From Paraspadella gotoi (taxonomy: Eukaryota > Animalia > Chaetognatha), in assembly GCA_051294375.1 (NCBI GenBank), contig CM119270.1, positions 16,985,904 through 17,049,903 of the forward strand: 64,000 nt of DNA. Reading direction: 5' to 3'. The translations under genes and the position numbers were made by a program. Of the stretch, positions 1 through 16,046 are shown piece by piece; the first letter of the stretch is position 1, and each line of letters begins with the position of its first letter. The notes under the pieces are model-generated. The model saw only the letters and a list, made by a program, of their open reading frames with translations. It was not told where the DNA came from and did no database searches.

Positions 1-158
1 AGTATTTTCAGGTACATTCTTTTATGCTTAACTTAAAAGTATATTTTGTAGATTTAAGTAACATGCAAACCTACATTTTTATTTAAAGTTTTGTTATGAA
101 TACTGATAATTTTTTTTTAATTTTCTTTGCTTTGGTTTTGATTTAGTTTTTATAACTT

Positions 159-410
159 CAGGGCTAAAAAATCTGTTACCAGTATGACACATAATTTGTT
201 GGAAATATTTATTTTTTAGACCCACCGTATTGACTGTAATTGATTTTATACAAATGCTAGGAATTAAGGGCTCACCTCTATCTCATCACATATCATAAAT
301 AAGCCCATCTTTAGAAATCAACAAACCAATAGATGTCTTCAAACTTTCATTCTTTGAAACCATCATGAAATATTTTGTTATGATCTGGCATAACAGAATT
401 TTTAGCCCTG
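159..410. mobile_element. Small hAT-like MITE (252 bp)
   Basis: Terminal inverted repeats CAGGGCTAAAAA(a)TCTGTTA at 159 and TAACAGAATTTTTAGCCCTG ending at 410. Flanks tataactt / tattattt look like a decayed 8-bp TSD (6/8 match). Confidence 0.7.
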
Positions 411-1406
411 TATTATTTGCTCTCGAAAACAAGGTTTTTGTTAATACCTATTTACATGGATATTTTCTGAAAATTATTTCTAAATCTTAATGTAAGTTGT
501 CAATAAATTTTAAAAAGATAAAGGGTCAGATTTCCTTGATCAAACTTCCATATCCATGTTTTTATGGCTTTCCTTGTGTTTTAGAGCTGCCTTTCCCTTT
601 CTTTCTTGCCTTTAACAGTGTTACAATTGACTGTTTAACAGTGAACGTTTTGAGTGAAAATGAATTTTTTATTGCAAAAAAGTTTTTCAACGAAAATTCT
701 TTGTAAGAATAGTTTGTTCTTAACGGGATCAAATGCCATGTATTCTACGATGAAATAACATCATCTTTGCATATTTTTGGGGCAAATTATATTGCCTTCG
801 TGTTAATGGTTGAAAGCATGAAATTTCAATTGTTGATTTCTCACTTATAAGTAATAATTGTATCATAGTTATCACTTACAAACTTTCCTCTAACATTCAA
901 ACAGACTAATTTTTAAAAAAACAGAAATTCTGCTCTTTTCTTTTTCTGCTCTTTTTGATACATATACTAGAATTGCAAAGATAGCAGCAACAAATTCAAT
1001 TATCACATTGAAAAGCTTTGAATGGACGTAAATTGATTTTTTTTAATCAAAAAGTTATTGGCTATTATACTTAAAAATGCTTGATTTACATTATCATTCT
1101 TGCTATTATTACTACTACTATTATATAAGCACATAACTACATCATCATTCATTGATTATTGGAAATCATTGTTATTTCATGTTCTTTGTTTCATGTTACT
1201 TAGACAACCATCATTCATAATTTAACTTTTTTCTTGCAGAAATTCAAAATAAAAATTTGCTTCGGATATAAGTCCTTAATTGGGAAACTTCATGTGAAAA
1301 TTAAAACTCTGAATCAATCTTGTGTGAAAAGATTCTAGCGGTATCACTCAGCAAAGCATGTAACGCCTCCGAGAAAAAACTACCCTGGATTTGTTCTAAT
1401 GAAGAA

Positions 1407-2004
1407 TAGGGTGAAGTGAAAGTTTGGAATCAAAATTTAGCAGTTATATCTTGAAAACTATCATATTAGTGAATACTAATCTGTAATTATTTTTCTTTTT
1501 TTATAAATATAGTAGCCCAGTCAGCTTATTTTGTATATAGTAATACCCATATATAATGTCAAAATTTCAAAATGTTTTTTTTTTAATTCTGAGAACAGAT
1601 TCAGATTCCTCGTTAAAAGTTAATAAAAGAAAGTATAAATCTTTTTCAAAAATTATGTCATTAAGTAGGTTAAAATTACAAAAAACTATATTTTTAAGCT
1701 GGAAATTTAAAATCGGCGTCTTAAATATAGTTTTTTACATTTTTGACTAACTTAATGAAAGAATTTTTTTCTTATAATAACTTTTTGCAAGGAATCCAAA
1801 TTCGATCTTAAAATTTAAAAATTTGTATTTTGAAATTTTAGCCTATTATATACTTATTACTATATATAAATATAGCTCACTGGTGCCCACTAATGTATAA
1901 AATTAAAAAATAAATTTACCAAAATATTTTTATTGGTTTTTATGTTCATGTTTTATATGCTAAATTTTAATTTTCTAAAATTTTATCATTTTCACATCAC
2001 TCTA
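1407..2004. mobile_element. hAT-type MITE, ~600 bp, internally palindromic
   Basis: TIRs TAGGGTGAAGTGAAA and TTTCACATCACTCTA. Exact 8-bp TSD ATGAAGAA at 1399-1406 and 2005-2012. Interior is similar to the element at 29429-30034. Confidence 0.85.
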
Positions 2005-2322
2005 ATGAAGAATATATATTTAATTAATATTTTGCCTTTTAATTTAATTTATCATTAGCTTTTACAACGTGATTTAAGGCTAATGGTAAGAGTCATTATT
2101 TTAACTGAATTAACTCGATTATTATAATTTTGTCTTCTTTCGTTTTTGTTTTAAAAACCTAATAAGGGATTTTTCATCTAATTTAGATAAGGATACAACG
2201 AAATTACGAATAAAGATAGCTAATAACCTTTTATTCAACATTTTAACAAAAAAGCAGAGATAAAAAGAAAGTGTGTTGATAACAAAACGCGAGATCAAAG
2301 TAGAAATAAATTACATCAAAAC

Positions 2323-6193
<3,871 letters not shown>

Positions 6194-6995
6194 TTAACGT
6201 TTATGATTGTGGAAAAGGCTTTACGCTTCGCAGGTTGTAATGAGTGTATGCAGGTATCGTTTTCTTATTCCTCACGGCTTAGTTTCTTAATTCGCGTTGT
6301 TTTGGGCGTTATAATTTGGTTCTAATTCCTATTTGGTCGTTATTTTTGTTTTGTTTTGTCAATTTCGTCGGGAGATTTAAGGGGAAAAATAAGATCCTGG
6401 CTGCCTCGCAAGTTTCAATGGAGTCGCTTCCTCGCAATAAAGGGCTTAGGATCGAGAGAGAGAGACACACACACAGAGAAAGCGCAGTACTAGTAGTAGG
6501 TGTAATTGTTACTGTTTGGCTCCTTCCCTTCCCTGAATTAAAAACGACGCCTAGAAGATGAATAGGAAAGAAATGAATTGAGTCACTAAATATGTAGAGG
6601 GAGTTAAGGCAGAGAAAACGAACAAAAGATTCAGCCGAGTGTCTTTTTTATTAATTTAAATATGTATAAGTTCCGATGTCTGTATTATTGATAATTTCTG
6701 ATTTTAATGCAGCATTTAAAACTATTGGTTTTATGTATAACTTTTTTTTATAGTATATATAAGTTTATTTAAGTTTTTTTTGTAAAATCGTAAATACAGT
6801 TACAACTATTGACTGTTCACCTGGATTAGCTTCTCGAAAGTAAATAATCATTTAATAAATTAATGTACCCACGTCGAAAGACGTATTAGGAGTAGAGAAC
6901 GGTGAAAGATGGTTTTAATTGCAATATTTTTCCTACTATTCGCATGCTGATTGCTGAATAATCGCTGAAAAAATACAGTAATTATCATTATAAAT

Positions 6996-7140
6996 GAAAT
7001 TGGTACAACCAATATAAAAATTATCCATTCATTTAATAAATAAGCTATCTTGCCCCTGACCATGGACAGGCTTTGGTGGTTTAAAGTCTCCATCACTCCT
7101 ACAAAATAATGACATAGCAGGTCCCTGAAAGCTTTCAATC
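6996..7140. repeat. Dispersed repeat fragment (other copies ~19727-19877 and ~30480-30538)
   Basis: Shared core aaattggtacaacc...aattatccattcattta.taaataagctatcttgc is present at three places. Confidence 0.7.
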
Positions 7141-7305
7141 TAGACTCTCTCACAGTCTCGTTTATTCACTCCCTGGCTTCCCTGTACCTGGCTTCCCTAA
7201 CAATGAATTGGTATAATGATGACATGGAATATTCAAAGAATCTTCCAATTGTATGAAAAGACCACAATATAATAGAAACTGCAAATGTAACTAAGAAAGG
7301 AACTT

Positions 7306-8236
7306 TCACATGTCTGGATATTTCTCGAATTCGTAAGGGCTCGTATCGTCCATGGCCTCCCCGATGGGTTTGCTGAAGGCGGTGTTTTTTCTGAAGGGCG
7401 AGTCCCTGGTTTTAATTTGCGAGATTCCGTGAATTCCTGTCGTTCCAACTTTTTCCGTCCAATAGGAGACTGGTATCTCTCCGTAGACCCTGTGCGGGAA
7501 ACGAGCCTCGGGCTTTCGCGATTCGAACCCGGGGATGGCAATCCGGTCCCGATACTCGCTGGTCAGCGGACTCGTCTTTTCGATGGAGTCGGCGGCGGCG
7601 GAGGCGGACAAAGCCGCTTGGAGGTAGAACTGCCCAAGTATAGGGGGTAAGAGAGTGTGGAAGTTAAATCATTGACTGATTGTGTTTCTTTTCTTTTCGT
7701 TTGATAACTGTTTTTGTGGTTGCAACTGGTACGTACTATGTATTATATTGCAAATTGTGAACTTTTTTTTGGATAATTTATTTGTATTATAGCTACGTAC
7801 TTTTTCTTTCAACTTTTGTCTCGGACCCATGGACGGCGGGAGATTGGAGTCTGGAACAACGAAGGCGCTCCTCGTCGTCGGTTGTTCCTGTTCCGTTTTT
7901 AATGTACAAATTAAACAACGAAAAAAATCGATTCCTTTTCGTCTCGCCCACGCAAAAAGGATTCGCCATAGCCAACAGGCCTACAAACTCACAGCCTCAG
8001 CACCAGCAGGAGCAGCGCGTAACCGGACATTCGCATCGAACGAAGAATCGACTCACCTTCATCTTCTCTTTCTCCGCGAGTGTGAGCACGCCTCTATGGC
8101 CTCTCTTCTGTTTGTCCAGCTTGGGATACTCGGCGTCGAGGTGTTCCGCCGCCCGCTCCTCGACCCAGTTCTCGATTAGGCATTTGGCGGAGGAGTTAAG
8201 TATCGGGATGGCGTGGACACCGTCAAACTGTGCCAT
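7306..8236 (-). CDS. SPAG8: Sperm-associated antigen 8-like axonemal protein (~196 aa)
   Basis: Exons 8236-8057, 7887-7801, 7629-7306. Motifs KCLIENWVEERA, RGHRGVLTL, PVSYW and GISQIKTRDSPFRKNTAFSKPI match the SPAG8 signatures as recalled (CLLYNWEEERAT, GHRGLLT, TPFRKNCSFSTP). Confidence 0.85.
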
Positions 8237-8988
8237 TTTATTCTTCAGGGCGGGGGGCGTTTGTGTAAACTCGAATTTGCTAACAATGTGTTATGTTACA
8301 AGAACAATCAATATGGCTCCGTTGGTGTTTACTTCGCTTTCGCGGAACATGCGAACGAGCTCGGCATATTCCCGATCGTCCAATCGCGAGGCAAGTTTTT
8401 ATTTATCCAGTCGCTAAGGGAGTCGTCAAGAAGTTTTATCTCGCATCGATTGAGGAAAGTAAAAAGTGTTTGGGATTTGTTATGGCGATGGAGACAGAAT
8501 TAAATGTGTTTTACGCACTACAGGAACGATTATATATATCTAACGGTCAGTTGACTTAATGGAAGATGAAAACTTCATAATAGAAAAAAACTTCTGAGGT
8601 GAGTACATTCGTCTGTTGGCGATTAAAGTAATAGTGTATTAAAATGAATCTGATTTATTGATTATCAAGTCGTTCTCCAACCGTAGTGACTCTCGAACAG
8701 GAAACTGGCTTCTTCGTCATCATCGTCGAAAATCCATTTGGCGCCTCTTTATCCGGTGTCCAACGTTTCATTCTCATAAGCATTCAAGGTACTTCTTTGA
8801 GAAAAGGAGACTTTGAAAAAAAAAAAAAGATTAAAAACAGTAATACGAAACATATCAATAAAAATATTTCATCATGTTTACCTTTTATTACCTCTTTCTT
8901 TACATATTCAACCGCCACTGAATTCAGCGCAAGGAACATTCGTTTTTAACGTAAAATCCTCCTTCTTTTGAGTCTTTGCTACGAAACC
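8237..8988. promoter_or_regulatory. Putative bidirectional promoter and 5' UTR region between SPAG8-like and ZC2HC1C-like genes
   Basis: Divergent start codons about 750 bp apart. Plus-strand splice signals (ag|gtgagt ~8599; tag| ~8686 to aag|gtact ~8788) suggest non-coding leader exons. A weak X-box-like GTCGCTAAGGGAGT lies at 8410-8423. Confidence 0.45.
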
Positions 8989-10640
8989 ATGCTATCTACG
9001 TCGTCTACTGAACCCCATAAATGTTTTAAAAGTTCAACCAAAATTTCATCCGGCGCAAACAACAAAAATCATCACAACTACGAAAATTCCCTTCTTTATT
9101 CTTCTTCGTCCCCGTTGGCTACTCTACGTTTGGACGCTTCATCTGAATTCCGTCGATCGCAACTTCCGGTGATAGCGACCGCGCCCCTTTTAGGATCTCC
9201 CGGCACCGGCGAGAAATTCTTGGCGTCTCCCAGGGATCGAAATATGACCAATCCGTTGGGGGCGACTTTGCGGCCGCCGTCGGGGCCGGAGGACGCGGCG
9301 ACGACGTCGGCGGCGTCTTTGGGCGGGGCCGCTGTGAGACCCAAGCAACCTCGCGCGAGTCGGTTAGACAAAATCCAAGTAAGTGAGGGTTAGGTGAGGA
9401 ATTTCGTTTTTATGGTCTTTGTTAGGAAAAAGACAATTGTTGTCATTTATGCGCTTTAAAGCGTTTTTAAATTTTTTAAGGAGTCACCAAGTTGTCGCAA
9501 TTACTTTAGAACGTACTTTAGTCACAACATCTTTCTTTCTCTCTCTTTCACGGCTCACCAGGCTCAGTTCCGCCAACGACTGGAGTCTGACAAAGAGACG
9601 AAACTGTTGGAGATTCACGAGAAGCACCGCGAGAACCTCGACCGAAGAATCGAAAGAATCACCGGAGGCAGAAAGGCTTACTCGACTCAGAGCGGCGCCG
9701 AAGACTCCGCCACCGCGCCCGATCGCGGCGCCGGTATGATGAGGGAGTTTTTCAAGGAACGCCGCGCGATGGCGTCAAAAGCCGGCGACGACCATTCGGC
9801 GTTGCCACTCATCCAGGCTCATCTCAAGCGAAAGCAGAATGAGTTTCAAAGGATGCAGCAGCGACACCAGGAACTGGAGCAGAATCAACAGCAGCAGCAA
9901 CAAGGGTATCGACAGAAACCCCCTCGACAACCGCAGATTCATCACAGAGCGCCCGTTCCGACGCGCAACAGGCCCCTTAGTCCTATCGTTAACAACAACG
10001 ACAACAAACATTTAAACTCCACCTACAATTTGGGAACTTCAGCTCAGCGTCCCACGGCTTTCCCTCCCTCTCCCTCTTCGCCGCCGTCCGGGTCCATGGC
10101 GCCGGTAACGCCTCATTCTCCGACCTTCGAGCCACCTCGCGAATTGCGTCAGTTTTCCGTCGCCGGTGGCGCCGGTAATCTGCCTCCAGCGGCGTTACCT
10201 CCCGTCAACGTAAAAGGGCGTCACGGTGCCGCAAGGGAGAACTACCCAGACCCGCGGGAGATGGCGGTGATGTCGAAGAAGCCGATCGCTGGCGCCGTGG
10301 AGGCGTCGAGCGAAATGACGCAGGAAAATAGGAAATACTTAAACAAAATCATCAAGACGGTGAGTTGAAGCTAAAAGGAATTGGGAACGACTGGAGAAAG
10401 AAAGAGCAAAGAAATAAAATTAGGGTTGAAAAGAAGGATAGAAAAAATAGGAAGCATTTCGTTTCTTCATCATTAGGGACGCCAACGCAGCGCTAAGAAG
10501 CGCCAAGTCGCCGCGGCGGCGGCAGCAGCTGCAGCCAACGATGCCGACGCGTCATCTATCTACGGAAAGGAAACTATCAACGCTAAATGCTCCCAAGACT
10601 TTGATCCCGAACCGGTGAGAAAGAGAATTATAAGTTATTT

Positions 10641-10728
<88 letters not shown>

Positions 10729-11785
10729 TCGACGACAACAACAAACAGCAACCGCTCGCTCACAAAACGATTTTTCTTCTATCTCTTATTCTTTCTTCTA
10801 TCTCTTAATGTCTTTTTCACTTTCAAGAGCGCCCGTGACGCCGCACGCTACGCCGTTCAACGAGAGGCACTTCGAACGAAATCGATTCGGCGCCGGTCAT
10901 CGACGCCGGGAGACGATTCGTCTCTCGCGTCGATAGAAGCGAACGGCGCAGCTGCGACGACGGCGGAGAGAGCGGGGCTGCGGCAGAGAGCGACGCCGGC
11001 TCGAGTCAAACAGTCGGAATCTAGAAAGGCGCCGTCGAAATCGGCGGCAACGCCGACAAAACCATTGCCCGCTCACTCGGCAGGCTTTCGCGAAGAAGAA
11101 GAAGAAGAAGAAGAAGATTATCGTCCCGTCGGAGAGCGACGCCTTTCACCGGCGCCTCAGTCCAGCGCGCCGCTATCCCTCGAAGACGGCGCCGCCCCTC
11201 CACCAGCGCTTTCGCTGGCGCCGTGCCGTAACTGCGGGCGACGCTTCGCCGAAGATCGTCTCGCCAAGCACGAGAACGCCTGCGTCAACCAGAAGACGCG
11301 GAAGCAGTTCGACACGAAGCGCCACCGGGTTCTTGGGCAGGAGCACGAGAAATACGCGCTCAACGCCAAGTATCAAAAGGACGAGGTGAATATTTGTCAA
11401 GTAAAAGGAATTCTATTTTAAAATAACTTACGATTTCGTGCAACTTCGAGATAATTTTTTTTTAATTTAATATTACATTCCATAGCCCAAAAAAAACAAC
11501 AACTGGCGCGCAAAACGAGAGGACTTTATCCAAAACATCCGATACGCCCGACGCGCGGGCCAGACGGGGGCTGACGCCGCCACTCTTCCACCGCCGCCAC
11601 CCGCTGCCAACCCCGACTACGTGCCTTGCCCGCACTGCGGACGCCGCTTCAACGAAGCCGCCGCTGAGCGCCACATCCCGCGGTGCCAAGATTTAAAGAC
11701 CAAGGCCGTCGGGCAGAGGAGCGGACGCGGGGGCAACACCGCTAAGACACTTGTCGCGCCTCCTTCCAAGACGAGAAGGAGGTGA
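8989..11785 (+). CDS. ZC2HC1C: Zinc finger C2HC domain-containing protein 1C-like (~727 aa)
   Basis: Exons 8989-9378, 9562-10359, 10477-10614, 10828-11385, 11486-11785 splice in frame. Two C-terminal C2HC fingers (PCRNCGRRFAEDRLAKHENAC; DYVPCPHCGRRFNEAAAERHIPRC) with the linker NWRAKREDFIQNIR. Start codon is uncertain. Confidence 0.85.
10646..10726. repeat. (TA)n microsatellite in an intron
   Basis: Long, slightly interrupted TA run. Confidence 0.9.
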
Positions 11786-12415
11786 GGCAGTGTCGGAAGG
11801 TCGAACGGACGGATGGGATGGTTCTCCTGACTTCGGCGATTAAGAAAGGCAATCAGTGATCAGTAAACCTAAAACAAACAAACAGACAAACAATAAATTA
11901 CTCTTGGTACTCGGTATATGTGCATCTTTATTAATTATTATTATATAACTGGCAACGTTTTTTTTACTTGAACGTAGCGACAAAGCAATGCGAAAATTTT
12001 TTCTATTTTTAATTTTGAATAAAATATTTAACAATTTTCGAATAATTTTTTTTATTTAGTTAAACTCAAACGTTAGTATAAATGTGATGAAAAAAGCTCG
12101 TTAGTATAAATTTGTATTAATATAATTTAGCGTTAATATATTGGAGTTTTGCAGTTATGTTAGAAATCCAAGTCGGTTGCACTTGTATTTCTTACTAGTT
12201 ATTAAGACAGGGAGTGATCAAAACTTTTCCTGAAATGGAATGAAATAACTTGTAGTTGTGGCTAATATTAAAAAAAGTCGCTATCAATTATGATTTATAG
12301 CACTTTTTAAAATCTCTACTTTCAAACGTTGTCCCTACATTTTATCTCATTAACCCTACTTATCATCTTCTTATCTCCTAATCATCTCCCATATCAAATG
12401 CTGATAGTCTAGTCT

Positions 12416-12628
12416 TCAGTGATAACCCTTGTGAACGCTGTCCGTGTCGTTGATTTGCTGCACGTACTCTGATTGGTACTGCTTGTGCTTCTTCTTCATG
12501 ACGAAGCAGAACCAGAGTAGCCAAGTGACCAGGAAGATGAGGAAGAGTCCGAACAAGTAAGCGAGGAGAATGACGAGAAGCGTCGCTCCCGAGATCTCGC
12601 TCGAGCATTCGCACTCCACCCCGTTCAT
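12416..12628 (-). CDS. Small single-pass membrane protein (70 aa), unknown family
   Basis: ATG with an upstream in-frame stop. GC-rich codon usage unlike the flanks. Hydrophobic run LLVILLAYLFGLFLIFLVTWLLWFCFVM is followed by a KKKHK stop-transfer cluster. A probable upstream non-coding exon lies at ~12740-12795 (tttcag|...aag|gtaagt on minus). Confidence 0.6.
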   Translation of the reverse strand: MNGVECECSSEISGATLLVILLAYLFGLFLIFLVTWLLWFCFVMKKKHKQYQSEYVQQINDTDSVHKGYH

Positions 12629-13436
12629 TTTTTATCGCTGGCGATCGAGGGAGGAAACTAGTGGGAAGGAAAAGGTAAGGCTGGAACGATAATGGCAACC
12701 CAATCAGTCCCTAAATTAAAAGTCGCTGAAGTTACTTACCTTGTCTAGAAGATCCGAAGATTTGTTACAGAGTATTGCCGACTTTGGAATCACGTCTGAA
12801 AATGGACAAAAAAAGGATATGAAAACCCATTTAAATTTTTTTGTTGTTGTTCCTGTATGTTCTTCCCCCTACAATTTGAAATTTGCGTATAAAAAATCTG
12901 CCGTTTGTGATTTCTACATGTAACAGGAGCAGTCGCTTGTTTTCGTTTTGGTAAAGAGCGAAAAAAGATTGGGAGCAAATTAGCGCTGCAGAGTTAGCAA
13001 TCTTAGCTAAATTATTTTTCTTCAAAATTTTTTTTGGTGAAATAGAATAGTATGAATCTTTAATTAAAATTAATAAGTTGGTCTATTATTCAAATATCAA
13101 TATGAAATACAGCTCAGTTTGAAATTGTTACCTTGTATTTATAATCCCTCAAGAGACAACCATCTTAAAGATTTTAATCGTGTATTTTACAAAGACACGA
13201 TTGTACTTAACTAACTTCCTCGTGCTTTTCCTCGATAGCGAAACATCTACATCTGTATGTATCTTTTTCACGCCAACGATGACGCGGAAAAAGGAATGGA
13301 GCGATTATCGATCGTGCACGGGGACGAGCGTGGAGGCCACGCCCTTTGAAAAAGAACGAGACTGGTTCTGGTTCATCGCCAGTCCTGGAATCGGGCCTCG
13401 ATTGTTTAACAATCGGAGAATATCCACAACGACGAG

Positions 13437-16046
13437 ATGATAAAGGTGATAATTATTAGTTTCTCTTATTAAGTAAACTTCACATCGTGCGTTTTACAGG
13501 TTTTCGTTTTAGTGGTTTTCCTCAGCGCGACTTTTCTTGTTGTCTACCTCGTGCTGGACTCTTATTGCGCCCGAAGCGGAACAGTTGACGGTCAACTCGC
13601 CTCCGCCGTCCCCGCTTCAAATGAAAATGATGGCGTCACTATCGTTTCTACTCACCGAAACGCCACGTTGTCTTTCGATGGGTAAGTTTTTGTCCGCATT
13701 TTTGGTTCATTCGAAATATCTTTTAAGTACTACTGTATAGCAATAAGTTGAAGTGATGACCTGATCATTCGCCTGATTAATTATCAATTAATTAATTGTC
13801 TTGCGTGCTCGGTCAATCACTAAGTCGGGGATTAAAATTAAACAATTTTTTAATGCGCGCAACGAAAGTCGTGTGATGAATCACTCCTTTCACATTTCTC
13901 GTAATTTTAAAAGAAACTCTGGATATATCTTTATCGGGGGAGTACCGCGAAGCGGTACCACGCTCATGCGCGCTGTCTTGGACTCCCACCCTGACGTGCG
14001 CTGTGGCGAGGAATCCAGGGTCATTCCCAGGTATTGTGCATGTAGGAGATGGATTACCTTATGAAGAAGGGGGTGTGCCGGGAAGGGTCATTGTCTAAAA
14101 TAATAAATAAAATAAATAAATAAACAAAGCAGAATTTTGGATTGGAAGGCATACTGGGTGGATAAACCGGGGAAGGGCGAAGAAAAACTACCAGCTTCTG
14201 TCGTCGACGCCGCTGTCAGGGCTTTTGTCATTCAGGCGAGAAATGCAGATAATTTTTTTTTTTACTCCATCAAATATTCTATTACCTTTTATTACTATCT
14301 TCCATATCTTCGTCTCTGGCTCTTCCCCCCTCCGATTTCCCGCAGGTGATGGTCAACCACGGTTACCTCGCTCCTCGCATTTGTAACAAAGACCCGTTCT
14401 CGCTCAAGCACATCTCCTATCTCTCTAAGCTGTTCCCATCGGCCAAGTTCGTGCTGATGATCCGAGACCCGCGCGCGACGGTTTACTCCATTGTCGCACG
14501 TCGAGTCTCCATAACCGGCTTCAATCTCAACGACTATCGTCAGTGCTTTTTACGATGGAATCAGGGGAGTTTTATCCTCAATTTTTCTTTCTTCCTTTTT
14601 TTTTCCCCTTTTTTCTTTCTTTTTTTCCCCTTCTTTCTTTTTCCTTTCTTTCTTTTTTTCTTTTTCTTTTTTCTTTTACCTTTCTTTTTTCTTTTATTTT
14701 TTCTTTCTTTTTCCTTTCTTTTTCTTCTCTTTCGTTCTTTTTCTCTTTCTTTCTTTCTTTCTTTCTCTCTCTCTCTTTTATTAGAAATCTACTATGAAAT
14801 TAAATTCAATAGGGGCGGGGGTTCAAAACTTTAGTCTTGAAGTCTACTTTTAGGTAAAAAAAGAATTTTTTAAAAAAGTTCGATTTTAATGCTTTTATTG
14901 TTGCTATTAAAATTACAATATTACTATATTATGATAAAAAATTTTTTTAATCAATCTTAACTTTTTTTGATGGATTCTGATAGAGCATAAAAAAATAAAT
15001 AAAAAATTTAACTACAAGTTTCAAAAATATTTGTTTTTTTGGTCAAAATTAAACATTGTGTTTTTTTCCTTTCTTCAAAATTAAGAAAAAGTAGTAAAAT
15101 TATCGAAAAATGATGATGATGATGATTATAAATAGTTTTTTCATATTTTTCACACACTTATGATCAAAAAATCGAAAAAAGAATTATACTTTGTGTAGAC
15201 AACTTTTTGCAAGCTACCTGAATCTGATCTTAACAATCAAAAAATCCAAAAAAATTTTTAGCCTTTCCTATTTATAAATAAATATTAAAAAATTAATATA
15301 TGGAGTATGGAGTAATATTAAAAAAATTTTTCTATTCAATATTTTTAAAAAATGTCTAAATTTTCGTTTGAGCAGGTGCTTAATTCAAATTTCTTAACCA
15401 CCTTACTGAGTTAGTCTCCCCCTTTTATTCTTGCTCTTTTTCTCTCTTTCTTAATCCTTTCTTTTGAAAATCATTCCCTTCAACGCGACTAGGCAGTGTC
15501 CATAATGTACGGTGCGTGTCAAGAAGTCGGATTAACGATCTGCCGCACCGTCCGCTACGAGGAGTTAGTCCTTCATCCTCGGAAGACGTTACAGAAGTTG
15601 CTGCACTGGCTAGAACTTCCTTTCGACGAAGCGGTTCTTCAGCACGAGCGATTTGTGAATGCATCCAGAGGAATATCGTTGTCTCGGGTGAGAGTGATGG
15701 ACATTCCTACCGCACAATGCATTGCTTATCATTTTGATAAATTTTTAAACCAATCACCATTCACTGAACCCAATTTCTGTAGGTGGAGCGGTCGACCTCC
15801 CAAGTGGTCCGACCGATCAATGCGAAACCGCTGACTTCTTGGGTAAGTCACATCCCCAAACGGGTTCTCGAGGACTTGGTCCACCTTGCGCCTATGATAT
15901 TTCGTCTGGGCTACAATCCTTACCAATACCCGCCCAACTACGGACGGCCTGATCCCGAAGTCGTAGTAAACACACGGAAGGTGGAGGAGAACATGCAGTA
16001 TTGGACCGACATCGGGGCCAGAGCCACTGGGACGGCAGTTCACTGA
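13437..16046 (+). CDS. TPST: Protein-tyrosine (tyrosylprotein) sulfotransferase, ~362 aa type II membrane protein
   Basis: Exons 13437-13445, 13500-13681, 13914-14030, 14133-14235, 14346-14564, 15493-15687, 15783-16046. N-terminal TM helix. Motifs IFIGGVPRSGTTLMRAVLDSHPDVRCGEESRVIPR (PAPS-binding), CNKDPFSLK, LMIRDPRATVYS, VRYEELVLHP, SLSRVERSTSQVVRPIN, LGYNPY..PPNYG. Confidence 0.96.
14810..15422. mobile_element. Diverged ~600-bp MITE related to the 3153/17579 family, in TPST intron 5
   Basis: Shares the internal blocks (gat)n and aaaaaagaattatactttgtgtaga.aactttt...taaataaatattaaaaaattaat with 3153-3766. Ends are approximate and no clean TSD was found. Confidence 0.65.

Noticed and set aside
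12711-12739. 29-nt GT-AG mini-intron that would join the 12740 exon to the 106-aa frame
   Set aside because: Much shorter than other introns here, and the resulting frame looks non-coding compared with the 70-aa TM frame.
14543-14834. Phe/Leu/Ser-rich apparent transmembrane ORF extension
   Set aside because: Translation of an intronic T/C-rich tract after TPST exon 5.
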